A stretch of DNA of 64,000 bases, taken from NCBI GenBank assembly GCA_036785375.1, contig JAWMAR010000193.1:4092001-4156000 (forward strand). Direction: 5' to 3'. The notes below the pieces were generated by a model that had not been told where the DNA came from, ran no database searches, and saw only the letters and a list, made by a program, of their open reading frames with translations. The DNA is from Leucoraja ocellata (Eukaryota). How positions within the stretch are numbered: position 1 is the first letter of the stretch; each line of letters opens with the position of its first letter. This document shows, piece by piece, positions 26,441 through 38,999 of this stretch. The translations under genes were made by a program, and so were the position numbers.

Positions 26441-26728
26441 GCATTTTAGACATGTCCCTTGCATCGGCCCATGTTTAGTTCATGCTTTTACAGACCATCT
26501 CCTGACAAAGGTTCACAGGCATAAGAATATGGCTGATGAGAGAAGAGGCTAGGTGGAAATCTCCTGCATCCCCAAAAGGTAATCAAGCAAAAGATCCAGT
26601 AAATCATTCTAACAATGCAATCTATGATAGCAAATCTTGACCAGATACGATGATAAATTTTGAAAGAGAATTATTATTTTTTACTTTATGTTGATTCTGG
26701 CAGATCAGAAAACATCTCGCAGGTATCT

Positions 26729-27098
26729 GTGGCTAAGTTGGCAGCACTCCTGACTTAAACGATCATGGAGTCAAATCTCACCAGATTCGTCAAATATTTT
26801 GCTAATACTCCACGGTGGTACTGAGAAAGCACTGAGCTGTTGGAGATACTGGCTCTTGGAGTAATGGGTAAACTGAGGCCCTGACTAGTCTCTCAAGGGA
26901 CATAAGACAAATACCAGCATTTTGAAGAAAAGTGGAAACATTATTCCCAATACACTGGCCAATATTTCACTGTAACTCAACACGACCATAACATATGATC
27001 TGGTCATTATCCCATTGCTGTTTATGGGAGCTTGCTATGCATATAAAACTCTTGCATCAGCAACTGCACCTCGGAAGCACTTCATTAGCTGTAAATGC
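26729..27098 (+). mobile_element. Deu-domain tRNA-derived SINE (SacSINE1-like)
   Basis: A-box-like gtggctaagttgg, B-box-like gagtcaaatc, ctggccaatattt, tctggtcattatcccattgctgtttatgggagcttgct, aagcacttcattagctgtaaa. Confidence 0.75.
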
Positions 27099-27494
27099 AA
27101 CCCATTTTCTTTTTAACTGAGGTAGAGTCATGGCCAGATAAATAGAAAGAAGATTTCCAATATTTAAACAAAAAGACTCCTGTCTTATTTTGCTGCAGAG
27201 GGTATTAAATGGCAGCCTTTGTTATTTTTGGAGCTTGTATTTAAATACAACTTAAAGTCAGCTCCAGAGCAGCTGCAGATGTCAGTGACTACTGAGCATT
27301 TTCATCCATCCAGGAATAAATGTTTTCTCACATTTCTCAAGCTTAGAGATGACACTTCTGAAAATATGGTGGTGATTGTTTACCGATTATCGAATTTTGA
27401 ATAGAAACATAAAAATAATCTTTGAAGCTTTGAAGACAGCATGCTTCACATTTGCTGGGCTACGATAAAAATCTGAATAAACTCAATTAGGAAA

Positions 27495-27702
27495 TCCGAA
27501 GAAAGATCTTCACTGAGGGGGTGGTGAGAATGTGAAATGTGCTGCCTTATGTGAGTAGTTGAGGCAAATAGCACATAGGCATTTAAGTGTATCCTGGGCA
27601 AGTAGAGAAGAGGCAAGAAATACGAGGAATCGATAATGAGACTGTGTGGGAATAACAGCGGGATAGACCAATTGGCCTGGATTTATGTTGCCACACTGTA
27701 AG
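27495..27702 (+). mobile_element. old CR1 3' fragment
   Basis: ttcactgagggggtggtgagaatgtgaaat...gagtagttgaggcaaatagc (FTxRVVxxWNxLP-type ORF2 end). Confidence 0.6.
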
Positions 27703-28812
27703 ATTTATGCTGTCCTCTGTAACATGATATGTCAAGTTTGTAGTTAGGACATCTGAAAAACGCAACTCAAAAGTTAAAAGCCAAAGTTAACTTGTCTATT
27801 TTTTAGGTTAATAGAAATCAAACCTGGATTATATGAGTGAAACGATTGGTATAGTATTTTAGTTTTGGGGTATTGCAGGTATTTTCAATGTTTGCTTGCT
27901 GACACTAGTTGGATGGTTGGGTGCAGATATATCACTTGACCTTTCGACCCCCCCATCCAGTCTAATAGGCTTTCTCTCCAACTACAAAATATTTGTAGCT
28001 ACCAAGTAAAATAATCAGAGAAAAAGAAGAAAAGAAAAATAGGTGGAGTAAAATTGGTTCTTGATTGCTTGCGAATGTACATAGTAGCAGCCAAAATTTA
28101 AAAAATGTAGTGCAGTCAAACCCTTCTGTACAATATATGTGTATTTAGCATGAGCAAAACAAGGACGTATTTTTGAGCATTTTATTGAGACATCAATAAT
28201 TTTACACTGAGTTGCACGCTCCAGCCTCTGGGAGATGTATTTTTAGAGATGTCTGGACAATCATGGAAGAATGGAAACAATTTGGGGATTTTAATCAACG
28301 CACCAAGCCTCACATCACTAATTTTGCCCACTGCGATATGCAGAAGCACAAGCTTATAAAACCCATGACTTTGCAGAAAAAAATTAGGAGTGACTTTTAA
28401 AGGAGAGGCCTTGAGCAACTCTCTCCATTGTATAAATGAACAGCAATAGCAAGGTTTATCTTTAGTTCACAGATTAATTGGATTGTACTCTAAATGTTTT
28501 GATGGGTCTACACTCTTCAAAGCACATCTGTGATACCACCTCAATGTGGGATTTTTATTATAACTGAAGGGAGCTGAAGAAAAGTTTTATTTTCCCCCTC
28601 TCAGAGTAGACGGCATCAAGACAGGGGTCCCTAATCCATCATGCCCCGCAGGCAGCAGCACACAGCTACCGGAGATGCCAGCCAGAGATCAGTCGCTGCA
28701 CAGACTCGGCAGTGAAATCCAAGACGATTTATAACAGTTAGATAACTGCTTTGGCTCTGGCAGAGCATTAAGTGAAACTTTATGCTGTCATGTGGGGGTG
28801 GAGGGTGGCCAA

Positions 28813-28881
28813 AGAGAGACAGAAAGAGAGTCAGGGAGAGAGAGAGGGAGAGAGTCAGAGAGAGAGAGAATGAGAGAGAGA
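28813..28881. repeat. (GA)-rich low-complexity tract
   Basis: agagagacagaaagagagtcagggagagagagagggagagag... Confidence 0.9.
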
Positions 28882-30146
28882 AGCCTGACCCAGGAACACA
28901 AGGACTTATGCAAGCCTCATGCACTCGCACATTGCCCCTACTGCCCACGTCATCCTAGCCACACTCACATTCCTGTCTTTCTAGACCCACTAGGTGGTAG
29001 ATAAGGTAGTTGCAGCCAGTCCACCTCCCCTGTCCATAGATGGACAATGCCAGGAATGTCTGCAATGTGTTCTATTTTTGTCGCACCTATGTGTGGCCAC
29101 CCATCTGGTCTTAATCAATCAGTCTCATCCCAAAGCTTTGTTAAACTACCAGCTGAAATAATATACTGCTTCATCAGGATACAGCCTGAAGGATGGCGGC
29201 TGTGCAAATCCCCAGCCAGAGCATGTTAATTGTAGTTACATATCTGTGAACCTAGAAGCTAACAGGGAATCAGGGAGAAGGAAGGATTTAAGTGATAGTG
29301 GTGGTAGTCGTGGCTGCGCTACTTTTAAAACAAAATTTGTCCACACCGTTTCTTAGGCAAAAAAGATGCCTATTCGAGAAGGTGGGCGCCTGCATAGCAA
29401 TCACCACCTCAACCTCCTTTTTTATGTTTATGTGAGTAGTCTTCAGATGGTGGGACTTTTTACTGCTGCCTAGGTAACTGCCTGGGAAGGTTGGAATATC
29501 CGGTGACGGAGTTGTGATTGAGGGTCCTGACACAACCTTTGTTGTACTGAGGTGTTGGATGCACATTCAGACGCATGCTTAGTTAGTTCTCTTCAGTGTA
29601 CTCCCATCCTTCCTTCTGCTGTTCTCCCCCACCCCCTTCCACCACTATCCCACCAACCCACCCTCTCTAACACCTCCTGCCAAGGAAACAACACAAGCCA
29701 GCTTTTGGGCAGAAACTAATGCTGACGACTGATGAGAATTTGTCTGAAATTCTATTCACCAAGCGTTTCATAAACGTTAGTACGTGTGTGCTGGACAATG
29801 TAAGTGCAAGGTATTCTGAGTGCAAACCACTTATGCACTCAGAATTATGCCCTCACTAAGTGCTCCTTACATAAAGTGAAAGTATGCAGGAATTCTGCAG
29901 AAAGTACGCAAGCAAGGAGGTGTCCGAGTTATGTGCAAAAGAGCAAATATATGTGCAAAGAGGGTAAAAGAAAGTGTAAGAAAATATTTGAGAGCACATG
30001 AATTTGACGAATTACACTTGCCTTCATTGTAAATTTTGATCTCTACAATTTTCAACTGTTCTGGCTGAAGTTAGGAAGACTCTCTAGGCAAATAATATTT
30101 GAAGTTTTAGAAACCGCTGGAGGAATTTCTAAACATAATTGCACAA

Positions 30147-30360
30147 AACAAAAAAAGTAAAGTGCTGGAGCAACTTGGTGGGTCAGGCAGCATCTGTGGA
30201 GGGATGGACTGATGATGTTTCGGGTCGAGGTCCTTCTTCAAACCCTTCATCAGTGTGAACATGAGTCTTCCCATTATCCCAGTGATACTGCCTGACCAAT
30301 GGAGGTCCTCCAGCAGTTTGCTTTTTTGCTGTTCCAACATCTGTAGTTCCTTGTGTTTCC
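30147..30360. mobile_element. Penelope pLTR fold-back, older copy
   Basis: gctggag...ggtcaggcagcatc...cgggtcgaggtccttcttca followed by inverted ...ctgcctgacc...ctccagcag. Confidence 0.75.
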
Positions 30361-30409
30361 ATAATTGCATGGAAGATTTTTTTTAAATGTACCTACCAAC
30401 CCCACCCAT

Positions 30410-30760
30410 CCAATTATCACCTCCAAAGAAGGTGCTGAAACATGATACAAGTTATTGCAGTTGTTAGGTATCCCTTAGGACCTTGGCCAATTCACCTCTC
30501 TGCATGTGTGAGTCTGTGCACGGAATCACTTCAAGCTATTCAGCCATTTGTGGGGAGGACGGGGTGAGGATAGGGGGGAGGGGGAGAGGTGGACCAATTC
30601 ACAACTTGCCTTGTTCCTGAACTCAATTGGTGGCCAGATGCACACTCCAAAGGGGGTCACTGCTCAATCAAAAGGCAACAAACCTGTATGGCATTTCTAG
30701 CCCAAGTCCAGAGATGCTGAAAGAATGTGTTGTGTTCCAAACAGCCATCAAATGTCATTT
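30410..30760 (-). mobile_element. old elasmobranch SINE-like repeat
   Basis: Diverged similarity to 6645, 35445 and 52990 (catgtgtgag...gctattc...ggggtcactg). Confidence 0.4.
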
Positions 30761-31378
30761 AGCCATTGAACCTAGGTTTATGCTTGGCCTGATCATTGTT
30801 TAGAACTTTAAATGAATAACAAAGGAGGCAATTGTTCTTACATGGTGCTCTTTAATCCTGTGCATTTTATATACACAAGCTTCTACGCCTTCCTTCGAAA
30901 TCTTCTTGCTATCCCTAATAGTCATGGATTTTTGCTTCATTTGACATCATGAATGTGGATTGCTGCCCACAAACCACTGTCTCTGTCCATCATGTCACCT
31001 GAGGATGAACTCGCGACAGAATGTCTGCAGCGTGCTAGACTTAAACCAACAGTTTGTAACTTGATAAAAACCAGGGCTGAAAGGGACCAAGAGGCACCCA
31101 TATTAATACAGGTATCCTCCTTCTAACGTTTCGCATTACAGAGTCATCTAATCAAGTGCAATTCTCTTTTATTTGTGGAATTCTTTGCCTTAAAAAGTTT
31201 TTGGCCAACAGAAAAAGCAGCACTTCTCTATGCAATTTAAGTGCTAGTGGCACGATAGTCTGTTATTATCATGTGTGGGGAATAAAAAACAATCTATATG
31301 TAGCATCATAAATTCACCACCAACTGCTGGCAAAGTTTTTCCAGCTAAGCAAGAATCAAGAGAGTTCTATTGTTATAT

Positions 31379-31945
31379 GTCATAGAGTCATAGTGATACA
31401 GTGTAGAAACAGGCCCATCGGCCCAACTTGCCCACATCGGCCAACAATGTCCCAGCTATATTAGTCCCACTTGCCTGCATTTGGTCCATATCCCTCCAAA
31501 CCTGTCCTATCCATATTCCTTGTCTAACTGTTTCTTAAACAATGGGATAGTCCAGCCTCAACTACCTCCTCTGGTAGCTTGTGCCATACACCCACTACCC
31601 TTTGTGTGAAAAAGCTACTACTCGGATTCCTATTAAATCTTTTCCCCTTTACCTTGAACCTATGTCCTCTGGTCCCCTACTCTGGGCAAGAGACTCTGTG
31701 CATCTACCCAATCTATTCCTCTTATGATTTTGTACACTTTTATAAGATTCCCCTTCATCCTCCTGTGCTCCAGGAGACCCATCGTACTCAACCTCCCTGT
31801 AGCTCACACCCTTTAGTTCTGGCAACATCCTCATAAATCTTTTCTGAACCATTTCAAGCTTGACAATATCTTTCCTATAACATGGTGCCCAGAACTGAAC
31901 ACAATATTCTAAATGCGATCTCACCAATGGTACTCTGTAAACACC
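31379..31945 (-). mobile_element. CR1 LINE 3' fragment
   Basis: LVRSHLEYCVQFWAPCYRKDIVKLEMVQKRFMRMLP; gtcatagagtcatag tail. Confidence 0.92.
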
Positions 31946-31955
31946 ATAATAAACA

Positions 31956-32102
31956 NNNNNNNNNNNNNNNNNNNNNNNNNNNNNNNNNNNNNNNNNNNNN
32001 NNNNNNNNNNNNNNNNNNNNNNNNNNNNNNNNNNNNNNNNNNNNNNNNNNNNNNNNNNNNNNNNNNNNNNNNNNNNNNNNNNNNNNNNNNNNNNNNNNNN
32101 NN
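31956..32102. other. assembly gap (N run)
   Basis: 147 N. Confidence 0.99.
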
Positions 32103-32654
32103 CCCACTATGAATGGTTTTATTACTCCCTCCTTTTAATATTTGTACATAGTTTTGTTGGATCTTTCATATCTGTGTAAGTGATGGTACTTTTCTGACTG
32201 TTTGTTTTATTCCTTCCTCCACTGAAGTCTTTTCATATTCCATATAGTGTACATTTTAACATGCAAGGAAGTCAGTCTTGCAAAGTACATTCAGGGAGAT
32301 ACCAGCAAGCCACAACTAATGCACAATGAGACATGGGGTTCAGATCCTGTTGACAAACCACATAACTGGTTCACCAAAGTTCCCTGGGCTCCTGAGACTT
32401 GTTATTGTTTTGAAACACACGCCAGAATATATTTTTACCATATAACCTTTTTCTTTAAAAAAAAATGCTTGTATGAAGCAAGAAATTGCCAAGTAGACAA
32501 GTAATGCAGTAGGTGCCACAATCAATCGATTCAGATGAGTTAAAGACGGTCATTTGAGGTGTCATATCATTCAAACCGCCGTGCCAATATTGGACCACTC
32601 ATGAAGACATCAGTAATAATCCTGAGGAATGCAAATTACTTTGCCTTCTAAATG

Positions 32655-32940
32655 TACTGAGATGAGGAAAAACGTTCTCACCCAAACAAACATTTTCACC
32701 CAGAAAGTTGTGAATCTGTCGAATTCACTGCCACAGAAGGCAGTGGTGGCCAATTCACTGGATGTTTTCTAGAGAGAGTTAGATTTAGCTCTTAGGGCTA
32801 ATGGAATCAAGGGATATGGGGAAAAAGCAGGAATGGGGTACTGATTTTGGATGATCAGCCATGATCATATTGAATGGTGGTGCTGGCTCAAAGGACTGAA
32901 TGACCTACTTCTGCACCTATTTTTCTATGTTTCAATGTTT
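32655..32940 (+). mobile_element. CR1 LINE 3' end
   Basis: gagatgaggaaaaac...gttgtgaatctg...ggaatcaagggatatgggg...gatcagccatgatcatattgaatgg...ttctatgttt. Confidence 0.9.
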
Positions 32941-33191
32941 ACTGCCTCGAACAGAGGTAAACACCCCAAAGACAGCGAATCATACTTGTTTCCATTCTAT
33001 CTGAGCAGCATGGTTGAGTATTAGCTGTCAGCAGTCGCGATTACTGGAATGCTAATGAAAACTGGGGGCACTCAATGATATCTTTCACACCAAACTCCAC
33101 CAGCCCCTGTCCCAGAGTTTCTAACATAGAAAAATGAAGCGTGAAGGAAAAAAAGACACAAGTGAAGGAGCAATGTCCAGTTTATCGGTTA

Positions 33192-33350
33192 AGAACAGCA
33201 ACCCATATTCTGCTTGGGTAGCCTGCAACCCAATGTGTAGGAAGGAACTGCAGATGCTGCTTTACACTGAAGATGGGCACCGCCTGGTCTTCTGAGTTCT
33301 CCAGCACTTTGTCATTTAGCTCAAAATTTCAGAACCCGCAGTCTCTTGAT
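33192..33350. mobile_element. Penelope ORF-end and pLTR fragments
   Basis: gaacagcaacccatattctgcttgggtagcctgcaacccaat (EQxxIFxLGSLQPN) joined to pLTR pieces in both orientations. Confidence 0.65.
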
Positions 33351-33469
33351 TCTTCATCAATTTTCCGCTAGTTTACCTGGAATCCACTGCAACGTCATTG
33401 ATTTGGAATTAAATTTGAGATTTTTTTTACTTGTTATAAATGATTGTAGGATAAGCCATTGCCTTTGAT

Positions 33470-33756
33470 AGCGGCACAGTGTCACAGCTGATAGAGCTGC
33501 TGCCTCACAGGATTGGAGGCCTGTGTTCAACCCTAACCTCAGGTGCTGCCTATGTGGAGTTTACACATTCTCCCTGTGCCTGTATAGGTCCCCATCAGGT
33601 GCTCCGGTTTCTTCCAACATCCCAAAGAAGTGCGGGGTTGTAGGTTAATTGGCCTCAGTAAATTGTTCCTTATAGGGAGTGGATGAGAAAGCGGAAAAAA
33701 CTGCTGGACCTGGACCAGGGAAGGGCCTGCTTCCATTCCGTACCTCAAAACTAAAC
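33470..33756 (+). mobile_element. HE1-like V-SINE
   Basis: tRNA-like head (gcggcacagtg...gttcaacc), V-domain ggagtttacacattctccctgtg...ccggtttcttccaac, CR1-type tail gaagggcctgcttcc...aaactaaac. Confidence 0.85.
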
Positions 33757-34267
33757 ATTAACTTTTACCAACTGAAACAGCTGTGAATGAATGAGACAGC
33801 AGTGAATGTTGCCCAAGCATCATCAATAGCTTCTGGTTTCGATCAAAAAATGGTTCCTCTCTATAATATTTAAGCAGGGACAAATGCTACCATTTTGTTC
33901 ACGGTGTAACAGAATCTGACAAACACAATCTATATGTGACAATATGACTTTATTGTTAAACAATGCAAATCACAAATGGCAGCTCCAGCCTCACAACATA
34001 ATTTTTTTTTTTTCTGAGGGAATGTTTGCACTTCTTATAATTTGAGATCTCTCCCCTGTGACGAAGCAGACAAGTAACTTGACAAGTTGTGATTATTATT
34101 CCTTCTCTCAAGTTAGTTGTATTCAAATAAAGAAAAGATTTCATGGTTCAAATTGAAGCCAGGTATTGTCGACTACAGTTCAGCATTGGGTTTGTGTAAA
34201 TGGGGTGCACCTGGGAAGCCAGTACCAGGTCCTCCACGACGTGCTGAGCTGGAGTGTGGTGGGACAG

Positions 34268-34686
34268 AGCCGGCATAATGGCGCAGCAATAGAGTTACTG
34301 CCTTACAGAGGCCAGAGGCCTGGGTTTGATCTTGACTACGGGTGCTTGTCGGTACGGAGTTTGCACGTTCTCCCCGTGACCAGCGTGGGTTTTCTTGGGG
34401 ATCTCCAGTTTCCTCCCATACTCCAAAGACAAATGGATTTGCAGGTTATGTGTAGGAAGGAATTGCAGTTGCTGGTTTACACCGAAGATAGATGCTGGAG
34501 TAACTCAACGGGACAGGCAGCATCTCTGGGGAGAAGGAATGAGTAACGTTCCAGATCGAGGCCCTTCTATAATTGTGAATTGTCCCTAGTGTGTATAGGA
34601 TAATGTAAGTGTGCCGGGATCACTGGTCGGCGCAGACTCGGTGGGCCAAAGTGCCTGTTTCCGCGCTGCATCTCTAAACTAAATTA
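34268..34686 (+). mobile_element. HE1-like V-SINE interrupted by a Penelope pLTR piece (34449-34568)
   Basis: HE1 head and V domain, inserted tgtaggaaggaattgcag...gcccttct, then the HE1 tail ...tctctaaactaaa. Confidence 0.88.
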
Positions 34687-34838
34687 AGATGCTACCTAAT
34701 TCTATGACTTATTACTTTACTTAAAACTGCACATAGAACTTTGCGTCGGGCACATAATAAGTAGAGACATTTCCCATTAACGGAGCAAACACCATCGTTC
34801 TCTGTGTGGAGAAGTCATGAGGCAGTGCTTGCTTTCTG

Positions 34839-35165
34839 GATACAAAAGGAACTGCAGATGCTAGTATCTTGAGTAAAAGGCAAAGTGCTGGAGTAACACA
34901 ACAGGTCAGGCAGCAGGGTACACAAAAATGCTGGAGAAACTCAGCGGGTGCAGCAGCATCTATGGAGCGAAGGAAATAGGTGACGTTTCAGGCCGAAACC
35001 CTTCTTCAGGTCAGGCAGCAGGTCTGGAACACATGGATAGGTGATATTTCAGGTTGGGATCCTTCTTGAGTCTGAGGAAGGATCCCGACTGTAAAGTCGC
35101 TTATCTCTGTCCTCCAGAGATGCAGCCTGACCCATTGAGTTACTCCAGCACTTTGTGTTTTACTT
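34839..35165. mobile_element. Penelope pLTR fold-back with nested pLTR monomer
   Basis: Inverted arms around 35071; nested 34918-35006 flanked by a 16-bp duplication caggtcaggcagcagg. Confidence 0.8.
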
Positions 35166-35444
35166 ATCTTCCTGGATGGCACTCTTAAGCTTTTTTCCCC
35201 CAGTCAAGCCAGTATTCTTCAATTGATTTAACAACTATAGGTTAATTTAAAGGAAGCATTAAGGAACAAAATACTCTGGCAAGCCTGTCGTCATGGCTGT
35301 ACCCTGCTATATGTGCAAGGTGAAGGGTGAATAGGAGCCGACAGAAGACAGGCAAGAACAAGCTATTAGGCATTCAATAAACTGTTGCTGAGTAACAGCT
35401 GAGTGTGCCAGTCAGCAGAGAGACAAAACGCAGCGCCCTGACAC

Positions 35445-35760
35445 TCCAATGGTGTGGTGTAACTGCTTTGTGTTGGTCTGAACTGTACAGGAACTAGAGG
35501 TTTGATCCCTGCTCAGAGCTGATTGACAGCAGTTGTGACATTGCAGTTACTTTCACTTGTCCTGAGGTTATAGAAAGGAAAAGGCTGACAGAATTCTTAT
35601 TCCTGCGTGCTATCTAGCAACCTCTGCCATGGGCATGTCTTCCTATATAGGTCGAGGACAAGATAGATCTTGACAAGGATGCTTCCCGTGGTCAAATATC
35701 TCGGCAAGTCTTTCAGCCCACGGGTCGTAGATGAAGTTTGCAACTTGAATGAAGTGGCAC
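35445..35760 (+). mobile_element. old elasmobranch tRNA-derived SINE-like repeat
   Basis: B-box-like ggtttgatccc and a body resembling 52990 and 30410. Confidence 0.45.
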
Positions 35761-35839
35761 AACGAAAGCTAATCCTCATAGAGCAAAGTGTGAGCACAAA
35801 TCAGTGCCTTCAAAGAAAAGCACTAAAGAAGAAAACAGC

Positions 35840-36310
35840 GTGCAGGAAGGAACTGCAGATGCTGATATACGCAGAAGATAGACACAAACTGGAGTAACTC
35901 AGCGGGACAGGCAGCATCTCTGGACAGAAGGAATGGGAATTATCCATCTCTGGATATAAGGGCGGTCACGGTGGCAGAGCGATAGAGTTGCTGCCTTACA
36001 GCGCTTGCCGTGCCGAAGACCCGGGTTCGATCCTGACTACAGGTGCTGTCTCCACAGAGTTTGTACGTTCTCCCCATGATCGCGTGGGTTTTCTCTAAGA
36101 CCTTCGGTTTCCTCCCACACTCCAGAGACATGCAGGTTTGTAGGTTAATTGGTTTGGTGTATGTGTAAACTGTCCCTAGTGTGTGTAGGATAGTGTTAAT
36201 GTGCGGGGATCGCTGGTCGGTGTGGACTCGGTGGGCCAAAGGGCCTGTTTCCACGCTGTATCTTTAAACTAAACTAAACAAATGGGTGACGTTTCAGGTC
36301 GAGACCTTTT
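35840..36310 (-). mobile_element. Penelope pLTR split by an HE1 insertion
   Basis: pLTR 35840-35937 resumes at 36281 (aatgggtgacgtttcaggtcgagacc); aatggg is duplicated. Confidence 0.8.
35960..36279 (+). mobile_element. full-length HE1 SINE (tRNA-derived V-SINE)
   Basis: gggcggtcacggtggcagagcg (A box), gggttcgatcc (B box), V domain, tail gggccaaagggcctgtttccacgctgtatc(taaac)n. Confidence 0.93.
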
Positions 36311-37287
36311 ATTTACAAATTACTGATGATAGGTTCAGAGGATTGTCAATTTTACCCGTATTAACCTTAATTAAGGAATCCTGCATCTTGAGTACAAATT
36401 GCAGAGCTGGAGCAGTATTTAAAAAAATTAATGATTTCAGTATATATATCACCAGACATCATACTATAAACCTGTATAGAGTCCAACAAACATTTTCAAT
36501 CTCCTGCTGAGAGCCAGTACCAATATGGAAAACTAGAACAGGCCTGAGAAAAGAAACAGGCCAGCAAACCAGCAACAAAATGAAACATACAAAATGTGTT
36601 ATCAGTTACGGAAACAGCTACAAACTTTTAATTTTATGGCGCTTACCTCCTCTGTCAACTAACTAGCCATTGAAGAAGAGAAAGGGGCAATAATTCACCA
36701 ACAGGGGAATTCCAAACAAGGGCATACAATTTGCACTAAACAACCATCAAATACAGGAGAATGTGTAAAAGTGAATTAAGTGAATAAATCAGTACATATT
36801 GCAAAAGCAAGATGAGTTATTTCAGGGTTGTAATCTAATCTCAGGGTTTGGAATGAGGTCCAGAACTACTAGTGGGTTCATGGTCATTTGGACCCTCCAT
36901 AACATTACAATTTGTTAATTGCACTATCCGCTGAAATGTCAAAGGAGACACCTCCATGATCTCATTTGTTACCTTCGTTTCTGTGAAGAGTCACTTTTTC
37001 TTTTGCCAGAGGATCTCTTTCAGAGACCAGATGATTCCCACTACAAACCAGTCCTTGAGTGTCTCCTTTTTAAGAAATGGTCTGATCAATGGCACAGCTT
37101 TCATTACAGTGCCCTACTTGCTAGGCTACAGCTGTACATTGAAAACATTGTCAGGGGCCGGTATGATTTGAATGCTTTGGATCAGAAATGTGGAAAAATA
37201 TGCATTCCCATTTTGGCATCTTAAACACACTCGTAAAGGCATAGGATTCTAATTACATTTCTGTAACCTTTTGCTGTAACAATCTCA

Positions 37288-37510
37288 CCGTTTAAGGGGA
37301 GGGGGAAAGATTAAAGGGAACCTGAGGGGTAATCTCTTTACACAAAGAGTAGTGGGTGCATGGAACAAGCTCCCAGTGGAGGTAGTTGAGGCAGGTACTA
37401 TCGCAATCTTTAAGCAGACAGATGTGACTAGTTTAGATGGGGCATGTTGGTCGGAATAGGCAAGTTGGAGTGAAGGGCCTGTATCCACGCTGTATGACTA
37501 TGACTTTATG
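37288..37510 (+). mobile_element. CR1 LINE 3' end
   Basis: ggaacctgaggggtaatc...gtgggtgcatggaacaagc...gaagggcctgtatccacgctgtatgactatgact. Confidence 0.88.
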
Positions 37511-37684
37511 GCTCTAATCTCTTTGTTGTAATTGCAAGACTAAGCATCATAATACTGAAGGGCGAACGGTGGTGTTTAGATGAATTTGAATTTAGAAACA
37601 GTTGTTGAACTGATGGTATGAGATAAGTTACATTGAAAGAAAGTTTTTTTTTGTATAAAGCACATTCACATGATATGATTCTAA

Positions 37685-38720
37685 TTGGCAAGGCCAGCAT
37701 TTATTTTCCGTGCCTAATTGTCCTTGAGACAGTGTGAGCCACTGCAGAATGCGAGATCAAGGTACTATCAAAGTGCTGTAATGTAGATCGCTCAACAATA
37801 TATTTCCAAGGCAGGGTGGTGAGAGGAGAAGGTGCAGTTGGAGGTGGTGGGGTTCCCACATGAATACTCCTTTTGTCCTTCAGATACCAGGAGTCGGAGG
37901 ATGCCGTTGAAGAAACTTGGTGATCGCTATTGTAGATGGAGTGCACCACATTCATTGGAGCGAATTGCTGTTGAAGTTTACCATCTTATATAGGATGCAG
38001 CCTGTTTTTGGCTGGATGATCCCAGGCTCCACAGCAGTTGTGGTATCCATAGTGGGGCACTAATGTAGACATGGGTATGCCTTCAACTGAAGAGGTACAA
38101 ATGGAAATACAACCAGCACAGAAGCATCCCCATCTGTGACATAATGCAGAGAAGGTCAGTTAATAAGTAGTTGAAGATGGTTGGGCTTAAAATACTGCCT
38201 GATAGATTTTTGTAACAATGTCTCATGGCCATGTTGGTTCATCTCCAATAGCACATCCATCTTCCTTTGCATTAAATATGAATCAAACCAGTCAAACATT
38301 GCACACTAGTTCTGAGTGACTTTCCTTAAAAGAAGGCTTCCTCGTGTAGTGAATTGCAGCTTTGATGGCAAGGGCAGTCATTCTTGGTTTCTTTAGCTGT
38401 TTACGTTCATGTTTCTAAGAAGATCTAGAGTCGAGTGGTCCTGGCAAGCCCTAAACTGAGCATTGTGAGCAAGCTTTCAGTGTTGGATAACAGTTTTGAT
38501 GATCCCTTTCATTACTTTGCTGATAATTGAGAGAAGACGGAAAGCATAATAATGAATAGATTGGATTTGTCCTGTGTTTGTGGGCATTAACATTTCAAGC
38601 TTATCTTTGACTTTGTTTAATATATGGTATTGGAGGGGTTATATTGCAACAGCCTGGCCAAGGCAATTAGTTTTGATGTACAAATCTTCAGCATTACTAT
38701 TCAGATGTCAGTTGAAGACT
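37685..38720 (-). mobile_element. old CR1/L2-group LINE, 3' end and internal fragments
   Basis: Tail (minus strand aataaatgctggccttgcc) and diverged body typical of a shark LINE family; tail shared with the SINE at 39000. Confidence 0.6.
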
Positions 38721-38762
38721 TGGTTTTGTGATGGTGGAGGCTATGATGTTTTTTTTTCCACA

Positions 38763-38973
38763 TAACAATAAACAATAGGTGCAGGAGTAGGCCATTCGGC
38801 CCTTCGAGCCAGCACCGCCATTCAATCTGATCATGGCTGATCATCCCCAATCAGTATCCCGTTCCTGCCTTCTCCCCATATCCCCTGACTCTGCTATCTT
38901 TAAGAGCCCTATCTAGCTCTCCCTTGAAAGTGACCAGAGAACTGGCCTCCACCGCCCTCTGAGGCAGAAAATT
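38763..38973 (-). mobile_element. CR1 LINE 3' end
   Basis: aataggtgcaggagtaggccattcggcccttcgagccagcaccgccattcaat; close to the copy at 23409. Confidence 0.9.
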
Positions 38974-38999
38974 GCAGTCACTGCTTCTGGATTCAGTTT

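Noticed and set aside
28605-28733. Exon after tttccccctctcag
   Set aside because: No good donor, the frame closes, and the peptide is unrecognised; a non-coding block is as likely.
35960-36035. tRNA gene
   Set aside because: The A and B boxes belong to the HE1 SINE head, which continues into the V domain and LINE-derived tail.
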